Positions 24,408-34,241 of a DNA stretch of 64,000 bases are shown one piece after another; the stretch's first letter is position 1; the number at the start of each line of letters is the position of its first letter. The stretch is taken from IMG/VR virus record IMGVR_UViG_3300049988_000286, positions 160,001-224,000 of that record. One strand, written 5' to 3'. Origin of the DNA: a virus (lineage: Duplodnaviria; Caudoviricetes). A program made the position numbers and the translations under genes. The notes beneath the pieces are model-generated. The model made no database searches. It saw only the letters and a list, made by a program, of their open reading frames with translations, and was not told the DNA's origin.

Positions 24408-25274
24408 ATGAACCTACTCAAGACTCCGGTGTTCACCGCCGCCACAGTGCCTTTCGTGCCCGACGACACTGCGGCTGTGCAGTCGTTCGACCCCCGCGAC
24501 TCGATGCTTGCCGCAGAGGGAATCGATGTGTCCAACTTCCATTCCACGGAGGACGAGCCCGATGAGATCGTGGTATCAGGCAAGCGCGATGGTGCGGTAG
24601 CGGCAGCGGATGCTCCGGTGGACAATCGTCTCCGTTTGTCGGCCCTGTCGGGGCGAGAGAACGATGTCTATGGTGCCTCGGATCGCAGTACCAACATCTT
24701 GACCCCCCTTCACCGCACCGGGGGGCTTCTCTTCCCCTACACGCCGTCAGTATCTGTGAACGGGGAGACTTCGTGGTCGAGCCACGATCTCGTTCACACC
24801 AACTACGACGTGCTCTCGTATCAGCGCACTGCCTCTGCGGTGATCGGCATCACTGGCAAGTTCACGGTGCAGAATCAGCGCGAGGGTGAATACGCACTGG
24901 CGGTTCTCCATTTTCTCCGCGTTGCGGGAAAGATGTATTACGGTGATTTCGATTCACAGCAGTATGACGCGAAGAACCGCGATACTACAAACACCTTGGC
25001 GGGTTTGCCCCCACCGGTGCTACGACTGCGCGGATACGGCACCTACATGTTCAATGATCTCAAGTGCGTGCTCAAATCCTACAGCTATTCCTTCGAGGAA
25101 GGAGCCGATCTCGTGACAATCAAGTCACCCACGGGTGGCACGGTGATGATCCCACCGATGTTCTCGATCACGCTCGGTATCGGTCTGCAACAGAACCCCT
25201 CCAAGGTCCGTAAGCAATTTGCCCTCAACCAGTTTCGCACTGGTGCACTGATGAAGAACGGAGGATGGTTCTAA
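24408..25274 (+). CDS. baseplate/tail-tube initiator-like protein (gp48/gp54-like)
   Basis: LLFPYTPSV, GLPPPVLRLRGYG; first gene of the baseplate operon. Confidence 0.65.
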   Translation: MNLLKTPVFTAATVPFVPDDTAAVQSFDPRDSMLAAEGIDVSNFHSTEDEPDEIVVSGKRDGAVAAADAPVDNRLRLSALSGRENDVYGASDRSTNILTPLHRTGGLLFPYTPSVSVNGETSWSSHDLVHTNYDVLSYQRTASAVIGITGKFTVQNQREGEYALAVLHFLRVAGKMYYGDFDSQQYDAKNRDTTNTLAGLPPPVLRLRGYGTYMFNDLKCVLKSYSYSFEEGADLVTIKSPTGGTVMIPPMFSITLGIGLQQNPSKVRKQFALNQFRTGALMKNGGWF

Positions 25275-25576
25275 TGCCTCGTATCACCTACCCGGCAAGC
25301 TCACCCTATGCGGCAACGCCGCAGAGTGCGTTCTCGATTGGTCGTTATCAGCATCGCAACATTCCGTCGAGTGATCAGGACAGCTTCTTCACAATAACAG
25401 AGAAGTACAATCTCCGTCCTGATCTTCTCGCCTATGATCTTTATGGCAATCCGAACTACTGGTGGGTATTCTGTTCACGGAATATCTCCCTGATCCGTGA
25501 TCCCATCTGGGATTTCACTACCGGAAAGGTGATCACGGTTCCTAGCAACACCCATTTGAAGGCGACCATCGGTTGA
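25274..25576 (+). CDS. baseplate wedge LysM-like protein (gp53-like)
   Basis: RPDLLAYDLYGNPNYWWV. Confidence 0.8.
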   Translation: MPRITYPASSPYAATPQSAFSIGRYQHRNIPSSDQDSFFTITEKYNLRPDLLAYDLYGNPNYWWVFCSRNISLIRDPIWDFTTGKVITVPSNTHLKATIG

Positions 25577-28311
25577 CAACTCCTAAACGCCCCCCTGACG
25601 CCAAGCCTATCGCGCAGAACGATACTGGCTTGCGCGAAAAACTGATTAAGCCCGTGAACGGTCCTATCTCTTCCGGGTTTGGAGCGCGCGAGCGGCCCGG
25701 CGGCGTGGGATCAAAGGATCACAAAGGGATCGACTATGCGGTTCCTGCCGGGACGCCCGTCCATGCTGCGGCTTCGGGCACGGTAACATTCGCGGGAACA
25801 CGAGGCGGATATGGCAACTATGTCATCATTGATCACGCCGACAAGACGCAGACCGCTTACGCGCACTTGAGCGATATCGGTGTGCAAGTCGGCACGCGTG
25901 TCGCTGCCGGTGAGGAGATCGGGAAGTCCGGTGGTGTCAAGGGCGCGGCCGGTTCGGGTAATTCACAGGGCGCTCACCTCCACTTCGAGGTGGCGAAGAA
26001 TGGCGTCAAGGTCAATCCCAAGACGGTCACCGATGTCGCGAAGACCGACAAGGCCGCAGAAGCGAAGCAGACTGCTAACGATGCCGAATTGTCTCGTCAG
26101 CAGATCGTAATCAATCAGGATCAGGATGCCATCATTGAGAAGCTGATCTCGGGCGATCACTTCAAGGAAAATGCCGCTAACACCTATGACAATCTCACCT
26201 ATCATTGGCGGCTCTACATGACCGCCGACAGTGAGGTTACGTCAGCGGCGACAACGACAGCCGAGTCCACCATCCAGAAGTTCTACGAGGAGTTGAACAG
26301 CTTCACGCAAGTCACGATCGCAGAGACGGGTGTGACCACCTACTCGATCGATGAAGTCACCATGGAAGCCGCTGTCGGAACAGAGTTCCGGACAGAAAGC
26401 ACTCTGTTCACCTCGATGGAGATGAAGATCACCGAGCCTAACGGTGTCAACTTCCTAGATGCTCTTCGCTCTGCGGGTATTCGAACCGGTACGCGTAACT
26501 ACATGAAGACGTTCTACTATCTCGAACTATCCTTCAAGAGCTACAACCTCGATGGCACCATGAACCTCGCCCCGTTTGCCGATCTCCCCAACGGGGGCAA
26601 GTGGGTGTGGACCGTGCAGATCACCAACATCGATGTAGCCCTCGACGCCGGTGGGGGCAGCTACACCTTGCAGATGATCCCGCTCACGGACTCGCTCCTG
26701 ACCGGAAGCTACAATCTCATCCCGTCGAGCATCCACGTCAACGGCGGAACCGTGGGTGAGTTCTTTGACGATCTCTGCTCTCGCCTCAACAACGTCTGGT
26801 CGCGCTTCAAGGGCGGACCCGGTATTATCAAATACAAACCAGCATTCCATCCTGTCAAGGATGTGATGACCGCTGAACAGGTCAGAGCCTTGCCGGTCAT
26901 CCCCAAGGATCAAGACTTCAATTCCGAGCGCGACATCGCCTTCGATGCTAACAAGACTGGTCACATCGCGCAGGGGTTTACAATCTCGCGCGTGCTCGAC
27001 TCCCTGATGTCATCGTGCGAGGAAGCGCAGAAACTCGCTATGGACAGCCTTACACCCGGCTCCGTGGATGGCGAGAAGGCGAAGGCGCGAGGCTACCGCC
27101 AGTCGATCATTTGGCGCATCGAGCCAGAGGTCAAGCTGCCTAACTACGATCCGATCTTCAACGAATACTACCAAGACATCACGCTGCACATCTATGGCTT
27201 TCGCCACCATACTGCCGTGCTGTCGCCGCAGGATACAACGAGCGATGAGGCGGCGCAGAAGGCAATCTTGACCGAGATGGTGACGCGTAACTTCCTGCTG
27301 AAGAAGTACGACTATCTTTTCACCGGCCAGAACCAAGAGGTGCTCGATCTTGACCTCAATTTCAACCTTGCATGGCAGGCATATTTGCCGCGCCTTGTTG
27401 AAGCGAATCAAGATCAAGTAGCCACGCACGCGAAGGCGAACCCCAATACGCCCACCACCGATGCGGAGAAGAAGCGCGCAGAGGATGAGCGCAAGAAGAA
27501 CGATCCGCAATCGATCGGTTCTGCACAGGGCGAGAGCGCGCAAACCGCCAACTCCTTGTACGAACAGGTCAGGGCTTTGGAAGCGACGAACCCGCGTTCA
27601 GAGGAAGACGAGAAGAAATTGCAGGAATTGCGCGTCAAATACAAGGAGGCGATTGCCGCCAACGACGCGCAGTCTCGGATCACCAGTGCCAAGCGGGCGG
27701 AGAAACAAGCAGAGCGACCCGCACAGACACCGGGTCGGGATTTTCAGCGTGAATACGCGGACGATTTCGCATTCGAGTACCGCAAGCTTTCCGATCAGCA
27801 GAAGAAGGAAGCCTTCCCGATCACGATTCAGACCTACGACCCCGCCGACAACTCGGGCCTTTCGGGCCAATACCATGCGGGTAAGTCACTCTACGGCGCA
27901 GTCTTGAATCAGGCCTATGGCCCATTGGCGACGCAATTCTTCCGCATCTCCATGACAGTCATCGGCGATCCTTTCTGGATTGGACCGGGATCGTTCGAGC
28001 AAGCCATTGCACGCAAGTCCGAGACGTTCAGTGGTTCCTATCCCAACCATTCCGAGGGCGCGAACGCGTTCCTGTTCCGGATGCGCTATCCCTTGGGTCA
28101 GGACGACAATGGCGACATTGTTCTAAACACCAACGAGACGGTGACGGGTGTTTATCAGGTCAACAAAATCACGCACAAGTTTATCGATGGTAAATTTACG
28201 CAAGTCCTGCAAGCTAACCGCATACCGATCGTCGATCTCTACACCAGTTTGTATAAATCGATTTATCCCGACACGGAAAATAATCCCAATGACAATAACG
28301 GGGGCGGCTGA
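25573..28311 (+). CDS. baseplate hub protein (gp27-like) with N-terminal M23 peptidase
   Basis: HKGIDY, GYGNYV, YAHLS, HLHFEV; ISMTVIGDPFWI, GVYQVNKITHKF. Confidence 0.8.
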   Translation: MTTPKRPPDAKPIAQNDTGLREKLIKPVNGPISSGFGARERPGGVGSKDHKGIDYAVPAGTPVHAAASGTVTFAGTRGGYGNYVIIDHADKTQTAYAHLSDIGVQVGTRVAAGEEIGKSGGVKGAAGSGNSQGAHLHFEVAKNGVKVNPKTVTDVAKTDKAAEAKQTANDAELSRQQIVINQDQDAIIEKLISGDHFKENAANTYDNLTYHWRLYMTADSEVTSAATTTAESTIQKFYEELNSFTQVTIAETGVTTYSIDEVTMEAAVGTEFRTESTLFTSMEMKITEPNGVNFLDALRSAGIRTGTRNYMKTFYYLELSFKSYNLDGTMNLAPFADLPNGGKWVWTVQITNIDVALDAGGGSYTLQMIPLTDSLLTGSYNLIPSSIHVNGGTVGEFFDDLCSRLNNVWSRFKGGPGIIKYKPAFHPVKDVMTAEQVRALPVIPKDQDFNSERDIAFDANKTGHIAQGFTISRVLDSLMSSCEEAQKLAMDSLTPGSVDGEKAKARGYRQSIIWRIEPEVKLPNYDPIFNEYYQDITLHIYGFRHHTAVLSPQDTTSDEAAQKAILTEMVTRNFLLKKYDYLFTGQNQEVLDLDLNFNLAWQAYLPRLVEANQDQVATHAKANPNTPTTDAEKKRAEDERKKNDPQSIGSAQGESAQTANSLYEQVRALEATNPRSEEDEKKLQELRVKYKEAIAANDAQSRITSAKRAEKQAERPAQTPGRDFQREYADDFAFEYRKLSDQQKKEAFPITIQTYDPADNSGLSGQYHAGKSLYGAVLNQAYGPLATQFFRISMTVIGDPFWIGPGSFEQAIARKSETFSGSYPNHSEGANAFLFRMRYPLGQDDNGDIVLNTNETVTGVYQVNKITHKFIDGKFTQVLQANRIPIVDLYTSLYKSIYPDTENNPNDNNGGG

Positions 28312-30275
28312 TGACTACCATTAACACAGGGCGTAAGCGCACGCGCGCGCAGCGTGGTATCGATGATTTGCGGGCATCGAGCAACATCCATCTCGCATTC
28401 GTGAAGAACACCGCTGATCCCCAGCGCATGGGTCGTTTGCAGGTCTGGATTCCTGAACTCGGTCCCGACGATCCCGCTACGTGGATCACCGTCTCCTATG
28501 CGGCTCCCTTTGCGGGTGCGTCGCCGGTCACGGACAATGTGGTGGATGATCGCTCGGAGGCGGGTTCACAGTCCAGCTACGGGATTTGGGCCACTCACGT
28601 CGATGTGGGCAATCAGGTGTTGGTCTGCTTCGTCAATGGCGATGCTGCACGAGGTTATTGGTTCGGATCGGTCTATGCCCAGAACATGAACCACATGGTG
28701 CCCGGCGTGGGGATGAACGTCTCCACTGATCCGCAACTCAACGAGGCATTTGCGCCCTATAGTCCGCCGGTGGCCGAGTACAACAAGAAGGACACATCGA
28801 TCAATCCCGCGAGCCCCGTCCGGCCCGCCGCCTCCGCTCTTGCGACCGCATTGCTCGCTCAAGGTCTCTCGCACGATCAGGAACGCGGCGTCTCCAATAC
28901 CTCGGCGCGGCGCGAAGATACCTCGCGGGTGCAGGGTTGGCTCACCCCCGGTGGCAATTCGATCAGCTTCGACGATGATCCCGCCAACGCCTTTATTCGG
29001 TTCCGTACCAAGCACGGCGCGCAAATCATGATTTCCGACACGTCGGGCTACATCTACGCTATCACAAAAGAGGGAAAGTCTTGGGTTGAGATTTCCGATG
29101 GTGCGGTGGAGATTTACAGTAGCGCACCGGTGTCGATCCGGTCGGAAGACGACGTGAATATCCAAGCCGACAAAGACTTGAACCTCGATGCGCGCGGAGA
29201 TATCAATCTCAATGCCGGAGGTGCTATCCGGGCTCATAGCGGAGGTGCGACCGAGATCGCCGCTGGCGGTGCTCTCAACACTCAAGCGGGCGGCAACGCT
29301 TCGCATAGTGCGGGAGGTAGTCTCGCACTTGGTGGCGGCGGCGCGGTGGGAATTTCCGCTGGTGGCGCGCTGGTCTCCGAAAGCGGCGGGGCGAACGTTC
29401 GCAATGGTTCGGAGATACTTGACAACTCCGGTGGAGGCAGCGCCGTCGCCCCGGCGGAGGCAAGCTTCAAGGAAGCATCGTCAATCGGTGACAGCACGGG
29501 TCGGGCTACCATCTGCTCACGCTCTCCCGCGCATGAACCGTATCACCATCCCATCAACGCCACCGTCTCAACTGCGCCAGCGGGAAGCGGCGCTGGTGCG
29601 GGAGGCGCTGGCACGATCAAACGCGCGGACGGCACGCTCGTGCAAGGCGTCACCGAGCCTGACAATACACCGGTCCAGAAGATCGGTGGGTATAAGGTCA
29701 GCGATCGTGTCAACGGCTGTATCTATCAGGCGAGCCGCCGCACCGGTGTTCCCTACACCACGATGATGGCCATGGCGGCAGCGGAAAGCAGTTTCAACCC
29801 TAATGCGGGTGCGTCGAGTTCATCAGCGAAGGGCTTGTATCAGTTCGTTGGCGGAACATGGGACACCATGCAGAAGCGCTACGGGCCGAATGGTACCGTG
29901 GTGAAGAACCCCGGCGTCTCGACGAACATCTTCGATCCCTGCGGGAACGCGTTGATGGGAGCCTACTACATCAAGGAGAACGCTGCGGCATTGTCGGCAG
30001 CCGGGTTGGGAACGAGCCCGACAGAACTCTACTGCTGCCATTTCCTCGGCACCGGTGGCGGTCGTCGCTTCCTGCGTGCCGTCAAGGCGAACCCCAATGC
30101 ATTGTCGAACCAGTCCGTTGACGGACGTGCGTTCCGGGCCAATCGGAGCATCTTTGTGAAGCAGAATGGTCAGACGCGCACCAATCAGGAAGTCTACAAC
30201 ATCCTTCATGCGAAGACGGGCGCGACAGTGCCCCAGTGGGCGGCTTATCAGAAGTCTCACAGCACTAATAAATAA
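28311..30275 (+). CDS. baseplate spike (gp5/VgrG-like) with C-terminal lytic transglycosylase
   Basis: OB fold DPQRMGRLQVWIPEL; beta-helix repeats; AESSFNPNA..AKGLYQF. Confidence 0.85.
   Translation: MTTINTGRKRTRAQRGIDDLRASSNIHLAFVKNTADPQRMGRLQVWIPELGPDDPATWITVSYAAPFAGASPVTDNVVDDRSEAGSQSSYGIWATHVDVGNQVLVCFVNGDAARGYWFGSVYAQNMNHMVPGVGMNVSTDPQLNEAFAPYSPPVAEYNKKDTSINPASPVRPAASALATALLAQGLSHDQERGVSNTSARREDTSRVQGWLTPGGNSISFDDDPANAFIRFRTKHGAQIMISDTSGYIYAITKEGKSWVEISDGAVEIYSSAPVSIRSEDDVNIQADKDLNLDARGDINLNAGGAIRAHSGGATEIAAGGALNTQAGGNASHSAGGSLALGGGGAVGISAGGALVSESGGANVRNGSEILDNSGGGSAVAPAEASFKEASSIGDSTGRATICSRSPAHEPYHHPINATVSTAPAGSGAGAGGAGTIKRADGTLVQGVTEPDNTPVQKIGGYKVSDRVNGCIYQASRRTGVPYTTMMAMAAAESSFNPNAGASSSSAKGLYQFVGGTWDTMQKRYGPNGTVVKNPGVSTNIFDPCGNALMGAYYIKENAAALSAAGLGTSPTELYCCHFLGTGGGRRFLRAVKANPNALSNQSVDGRAFRANRSIFVKQNGQTRTNQEVYNILHAKTGATVPQWAAYQKSHSTNK
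30269..30274 (+). promoter_or_regulatory. late promoter TAAATA, 4 nt before the gp25-like ATG
   Basis: overlaps the spike stop codon. Confidence 0.5.
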
Positions 30276-30278
30276 CTG

Positions 30279-30647
30279 ATGACGGATAGAACATTTGTAG
30301 GCTTCTCGACTGTGGGTGCGAGTGATTCGAGGTCTTGGGCCTTGTATGACCGCGATCTCATCAAACAGGATTTGAGAAACCATTTTCACACTCGCAAGGG
30401 CGAGCGGCGGATGCGACCCACCTATGGGTGTTCGATCTGGGACTACATCGGTGAACAGATGTCTGCTGATATCAACGAATCTATTCGTCTCGAAGCCGAG
30501 CGTATTGTAGAGTTGGATACCCGGCTAGAGGCTGAAAACATTTATGTCGATGCTAAGGATCACACGATCGTGCTCGTGATGGACCTCATCTATCGGCTCG
30601 ACGGAACAGCAGAGCGGTTCAAGATTATCTTTGATGCTCGTCAGTAA
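30279..30647 (+). CDS. baseplate wedge gp25-like protein
   Basis: LIKQDLRNHFHTRKGERRMRPTYG. Confidence 0.85.
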   Translation: MTDRTFVGFSTVGASDSRSWALYDRDLIKQDLRNHFHTRKGERRMRPTYGCSIWDYIGEQMSADINESIRLEAERIVELDTRLEAENIYVDAKDHTIVLVMDLIYRLDGTAERFKIIFDARQ

Positions 30648-30662
30648 TATTGAGAGGAAGTA

Positions 30663-33600
30663 ATGCAGAACAATCGGCAATCAGAGCTATTCTTGAGCAA
30701 GGACTGGCTTGTCCTCTATCAGGCATTCACGCAGGTAAACTTCAACGCCAGCGACCCTAACTCGATCAATCAGTCACTGCGCGATTATATCGCAGTCAAC
30801 TATCCCGAGGATTTCAACGACTGGATCGAGTCGAGCGAATTCGTTGCGATCATCGATCTCCTCTCGTGGCTCGCGGGTACCCTTGCGTTCAAGATGGACA
30901 TCAACTCGCGCGAGAACTTCCTCGAAACCGCAGAAGCACGCGAGTCGGTGCTTCGGCTTGCGCGTTTCCTCTCCTACAACCCTCGCCGCAACCGCCCCGC
31001 CACCGGTATGGTGAAGCTGGTCGAGGTATCGACCGATGATGACATCCGCGATTCCACGGGCACCAACCTCGCAGGGGTGAAGGTTCAGTGGAACAACGCT
31101 GACGATCCCGATTGGTTTGAACGCTTCACCACGGTGATGTCGTCGGCATTCACGAACACCAACCCGTTCGGCACCCCGTTGAAGACTGGCCTCCTGACTG
31201 GCATCCCCACCCAGCTTTACCGCGTCAACTGTCTGATGGGGGCGAACAACTTCGCCTTCTCGACGAGCGTAGGCGGCGAGGGGATGGACTTTGAACTCTG
31301 CAACGGAGACTTCAACGATCTCGGTAGCTTCAACGAGCGTGCCCCCGATGCGAGCGCGGCGTTCAACCTCTTCTATCGCAACGATGGTAATGGGAACAAC
31401 TCTGCCCGCACCGGCTTCTTCATGCTCTTCAAACAGGGATCAACGGTTCGTCAGACTTTCCGCATCGATACGCCGGTTGAGAACCAGTTGCTCGATCTCG
31501 ATGTCGGTGGTGTGAACGAGAACGACGTGTGGGTGCAGACCGTGGATGAGAACAGCCAAGTCCTCATCGACTGGACCAAGGTTCCCGCGATCTTCTCCGA
31601 AAACATCACCTACAACAACGTCAACGCTGACAATCGCAACATCTTCTCTGTGTTGACGCGTGATCAGGATCGTGTCTCGATCCGCTTCTCCGATGGTATC
31701 TTTGGAACCGCGCCGGTGGGCAACATCATGGTCTCGCACCGCGTGTCCAACGGTCGCCAATATCAGGTTCGTCCGACCGATATCAACCGCATTACCCAAT
31801 CGATCCGCTACTTCAATCGCGCGGGCATCTTGCGCACCCTCAAGCTGACCTTCAGTTTGCAGGAGCCGGTCCTCAACGCAGCGCCGCGTGAGACCGACGA
31901 GCAAATTCGCCAGCGCGCTCCCGGCACCTATGCGGCCCAGAACCGCATGGTATCGGGCGAGGATTATAATAGCTTTCCGCTGTCGTCGAACCTCGCCACC
32001 AAGCTAAAGGCCGTGAACCGCGTCTACAGCGGGCACTCGCGCTTCATCGACCTCAATGACCCCACCGCGACCTACACGGATGTGGTGGTCAACAGTGATG
32101 ACGGAATGCTCTACCGCGAGACCGCCAACGTCTACGCAGAGGTGCCGTTGTCGCTCAACCGGACACCCGCCGAAATGATCTCTGCGCATTTGCAGCCGAT
32201 CGTTCGCAGTCTCAATGTCCGCTCCTATGTCAATGATACCATCTTTGGGCGCGTATCTCGCGGAGCCAATAACCCCGACGTTGACATTCCGGCTGGCACA
32301 AGCTGGAAGCGTTCCACCTCCGCGAAGTTTTCATCTTCGGGCGCGCTGTCGCATTCGAGCCTCTACTTCCGTGAAGGCTCGCAACTGAAGTTTGAATTGC
32401 CCAACGGCGAGTTCCGCTGGGCAAGCATCGCGGTGCTGACCGACAATCCCACTACGATTGTGCCCGCCAATACGCGTGGACCCGTGACACTTTCAGAGGA
32501 CATTCCGACTGGATCGCGTGTCGTCTCGCTCCTGCCGGGTTTCTCGTCTGAACTGCCAACAGAGACTTTCCTTGCCCTTGTTGCCCGCTTCGGTGCCGCG
32601 AGCGCACGACGGGGCTTCTCGCTCTGGTTTGATCCCGAGCAGGATCGATGGTTGATCCGTGATGAAGTCACGCTACTGTCCGCCGCTGACAATACCAACG
32701 ACGCCATCCATGTCCTTACCGCAGAGTTCTACGCGGGTAGCTTGTGGAAATTTGCTGCTCGGGGGACCAAGTATGTCTTCGAGTCGGAGCGTAAGGTGAA
32801 GTGGTTCAGCGACTCCAACAATACCGTCGATAGTGAGACGGGTTTGAAAAAGAACGACACGGTGACCGTTCTTCGCAGCAATCCTGATCTTCGAGAGGAT
32901 TATGCGGCGGATGGGCGCGGCATTGTTCGCGATCGTGCCTTCAACGTCTCTGCCCTCTACTATTACGGTGATGGCGCACAGGAGCCGCGCCGCGTTCAGG
33001 TTGACTTCACCGACGTGGACGGTGATGGTTCACCCGATGACCCGGAAGCGGTCAGCTTCATCACCGACTTGCCTGATTATCAAGGAACGCTGTTCTGGCA
33101 GCTTGGTGAGAGCTACGGGCAGCCGTGTTACAAACCGACGCGCGAGATCACCGTATTCGCCATGCCGTCGATCCGTTTCATCTCGCAAATCCCGCCAATC
33201 GTCCGCTTCCATCGCGGCGAGGGGGCGAGCGACATCGCATTTGCGTCGGGGGACATCTGCTATGTGGTGTCATTGGGCGACTTCTTCGAGCGTGTGAACG
33301 ATTCATGGCAGACCCTGCCGCGCCGTAACTTCCGCATCGCGAAGGGCCGGGGTGCCAACACGGCCAAGCGCTGGGTCGTCATCGACCCCTACCAGCGTGA
33401 CGATGACCGCGATGGTAATCCCGATGGCGGCGGTACCGTGTATCAGATCGCCTATTCCCGCGACGCCAATGAGGTTGCGGCACAGTATCGTTCCGCTGAT
33501 GAATTCCTCATCCGCGACGGTTCTCTGGCATTCAAGTGGAAGCACTATGCCCCGTCTGATCACCGTATCGATCCTGCGATCACGAACATCATCGACACCT

Positions 33601-34142
33601 TCGTCCTCTCTACCGAGTACGACTACGCGACGCGACTCTGGATCGCCAATGGTGCAAAGATCACCGATCTCCCCAAAGCTCCTACCGAACTTGATCTTCG
33701 TCTCACCTTTGCGGAATACGATCAGCAGAAGGTGTTCTCCGACCAGATTGTTTGGCGTCCGGTCAGTTACAAGCTGCTTTTCGGTAACGGTTCGGAACCA
33801 CAGAACCTGCGTGCCCGCTTCAAGGTGATCAAGCTGCCGATTTCCAATGTCGCCGATGGCGAGGTGAAGAGCCGCGTCATCGCTGCCGTGAATGAATTCT
33901 TTGCGGTATCGCGCTGGGATTTTGGTGAAACCTTCTATTTCACTGAACTTGCAGCATTCATCCACCAGCGACTTGCTGGTGTGATCGGTAGCGTAGTTAT
34001 CGTTCCAATGGATGAGGAGGCCAGCTTCGGTGAAGGCTTCGAGGTGCGTTGCCGCACCGATGAAATCTTCATCTCCACCGCGCAGGTGAGTGATGTTGAG
34101 ATCATTAACTCAAATACGACGAGCCAACTTCGTATCCGTTAA
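30663..34142 (+). CDS. baseplate wedge protein (gp6/J-like), 1159 aa
   Basis: DWIESSEFVAIIDLLS, TAEARESVLRLA, IRFSDGIFG, ETDEQIR, QNRMVSGEDY. Confidence 0.85.
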   Translation: MQNNRQSELFLSKDWLVLYQAFTQVNFNASDPNSINQSLRDYIAVNYPEDFNDWIESSEFVAIIDLLSWLAGTLAFKMDINSRENFLETAEARESVLRLARFLSYNPRRNRPATGMVKLVEVSTDDDIRDSTGTNLAGVKVQWNNADDPDWFERFTTVMSSAFTNTNPFGTPLKTGLLTGIPTQLYRVNCLMGANNFAFSTSVGGEGMDFELCNGDFNDLGSFNERAPDASAAFNLFYRNDGNGNNSARTGFFMLFKQGSTVRQTFRIDTPVENQLLDLDVGGVNENDVWVQTVDENSQVLIDWTKVPAIFSENITYNNVNADNRNIFSVLTRDQDRVSIRFSDGIFGTAPVGNIMVSHRVSNGRQYQVRPTDINRITQSIRYFNRAGILRTLKLTFSLQEPVLNAAPRETDEQIRQRAPGTYAAQNRMVSGEDYNSFPLSSNLATKLKAVNRVYSGHSRFIDLNDPTATYTDVVVNSDDGMLYRETANVYAEVPLSLNRTPAEMISAHLQPIVRSLNVRSYVNDTIFGRVSRGANNPDVDIPAGTSWKRSTSAKFSSSGALSHSSLYFREGSQLKFELPNGEFRWASIAVLTDNPTTIVPANTRGPVTLSEDIPTGSRVVSLLPGFSSELPTETFLALVARFGAASARRGFSLWFDPEQDRWLIRDEVTLLSAADNTNDAIHVLTAEFYAGSLWKFAARGTKYVFESERKVKWFSDSNNTVDSETGLKKNDTVTVLRSNPDLREDYAADGRGIVRDRAFNVSALYYYGDGAQEPRRVQVDFTDVDGDGSPDDPEAVSFITDLPDYQGTLFWQLGESYGQPCYKPTREITVFAMPSIRFISQIPPIVRFHRGEGASDIAFASGDICYVVSLGDFFERVNDSWQTLPRRNFRIAKGRGANTAKRWVVIDPYQRDDDRDGNPDGGGTVYQIAYSRDANEVAAQYRSADEFLIRDGSLAFKWKHYAPSDHRIDPAITNIIDTFVLSTEYDYATRLWIANGAKITDLPKAPTELDLRLTFAEYDQQKVFSDQIVWRPVSYKLLFGNGSEPQNLRARFKVIKLPISNVADGEVKSRVIAAVNEFFAVSRWDFGETFYFTELAAFIHQRLAGVIGSVVIVPMDEEASFGEGFEVRCRTDEIFISTAQVSDVEIINSNTTSQLRIR

Positions 34143-34207
34143 TTGAACGAACTGTGCGATTGCTATATAATGGTAGAGCCTATTAAGTGTAGGCTTTACC
34201 ATCTCTC

Positions 34208-34213
34208 TAAATA
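34208..34213 (+). promoter_or_regulatory. late promoter TAAATA
   Basis: intergenic, upstream of the 3284-aa gene. Confidence 0.6.
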
Positions 34214-34241
34214 AACCTAGAGACACAGTATAGCGAGAATC

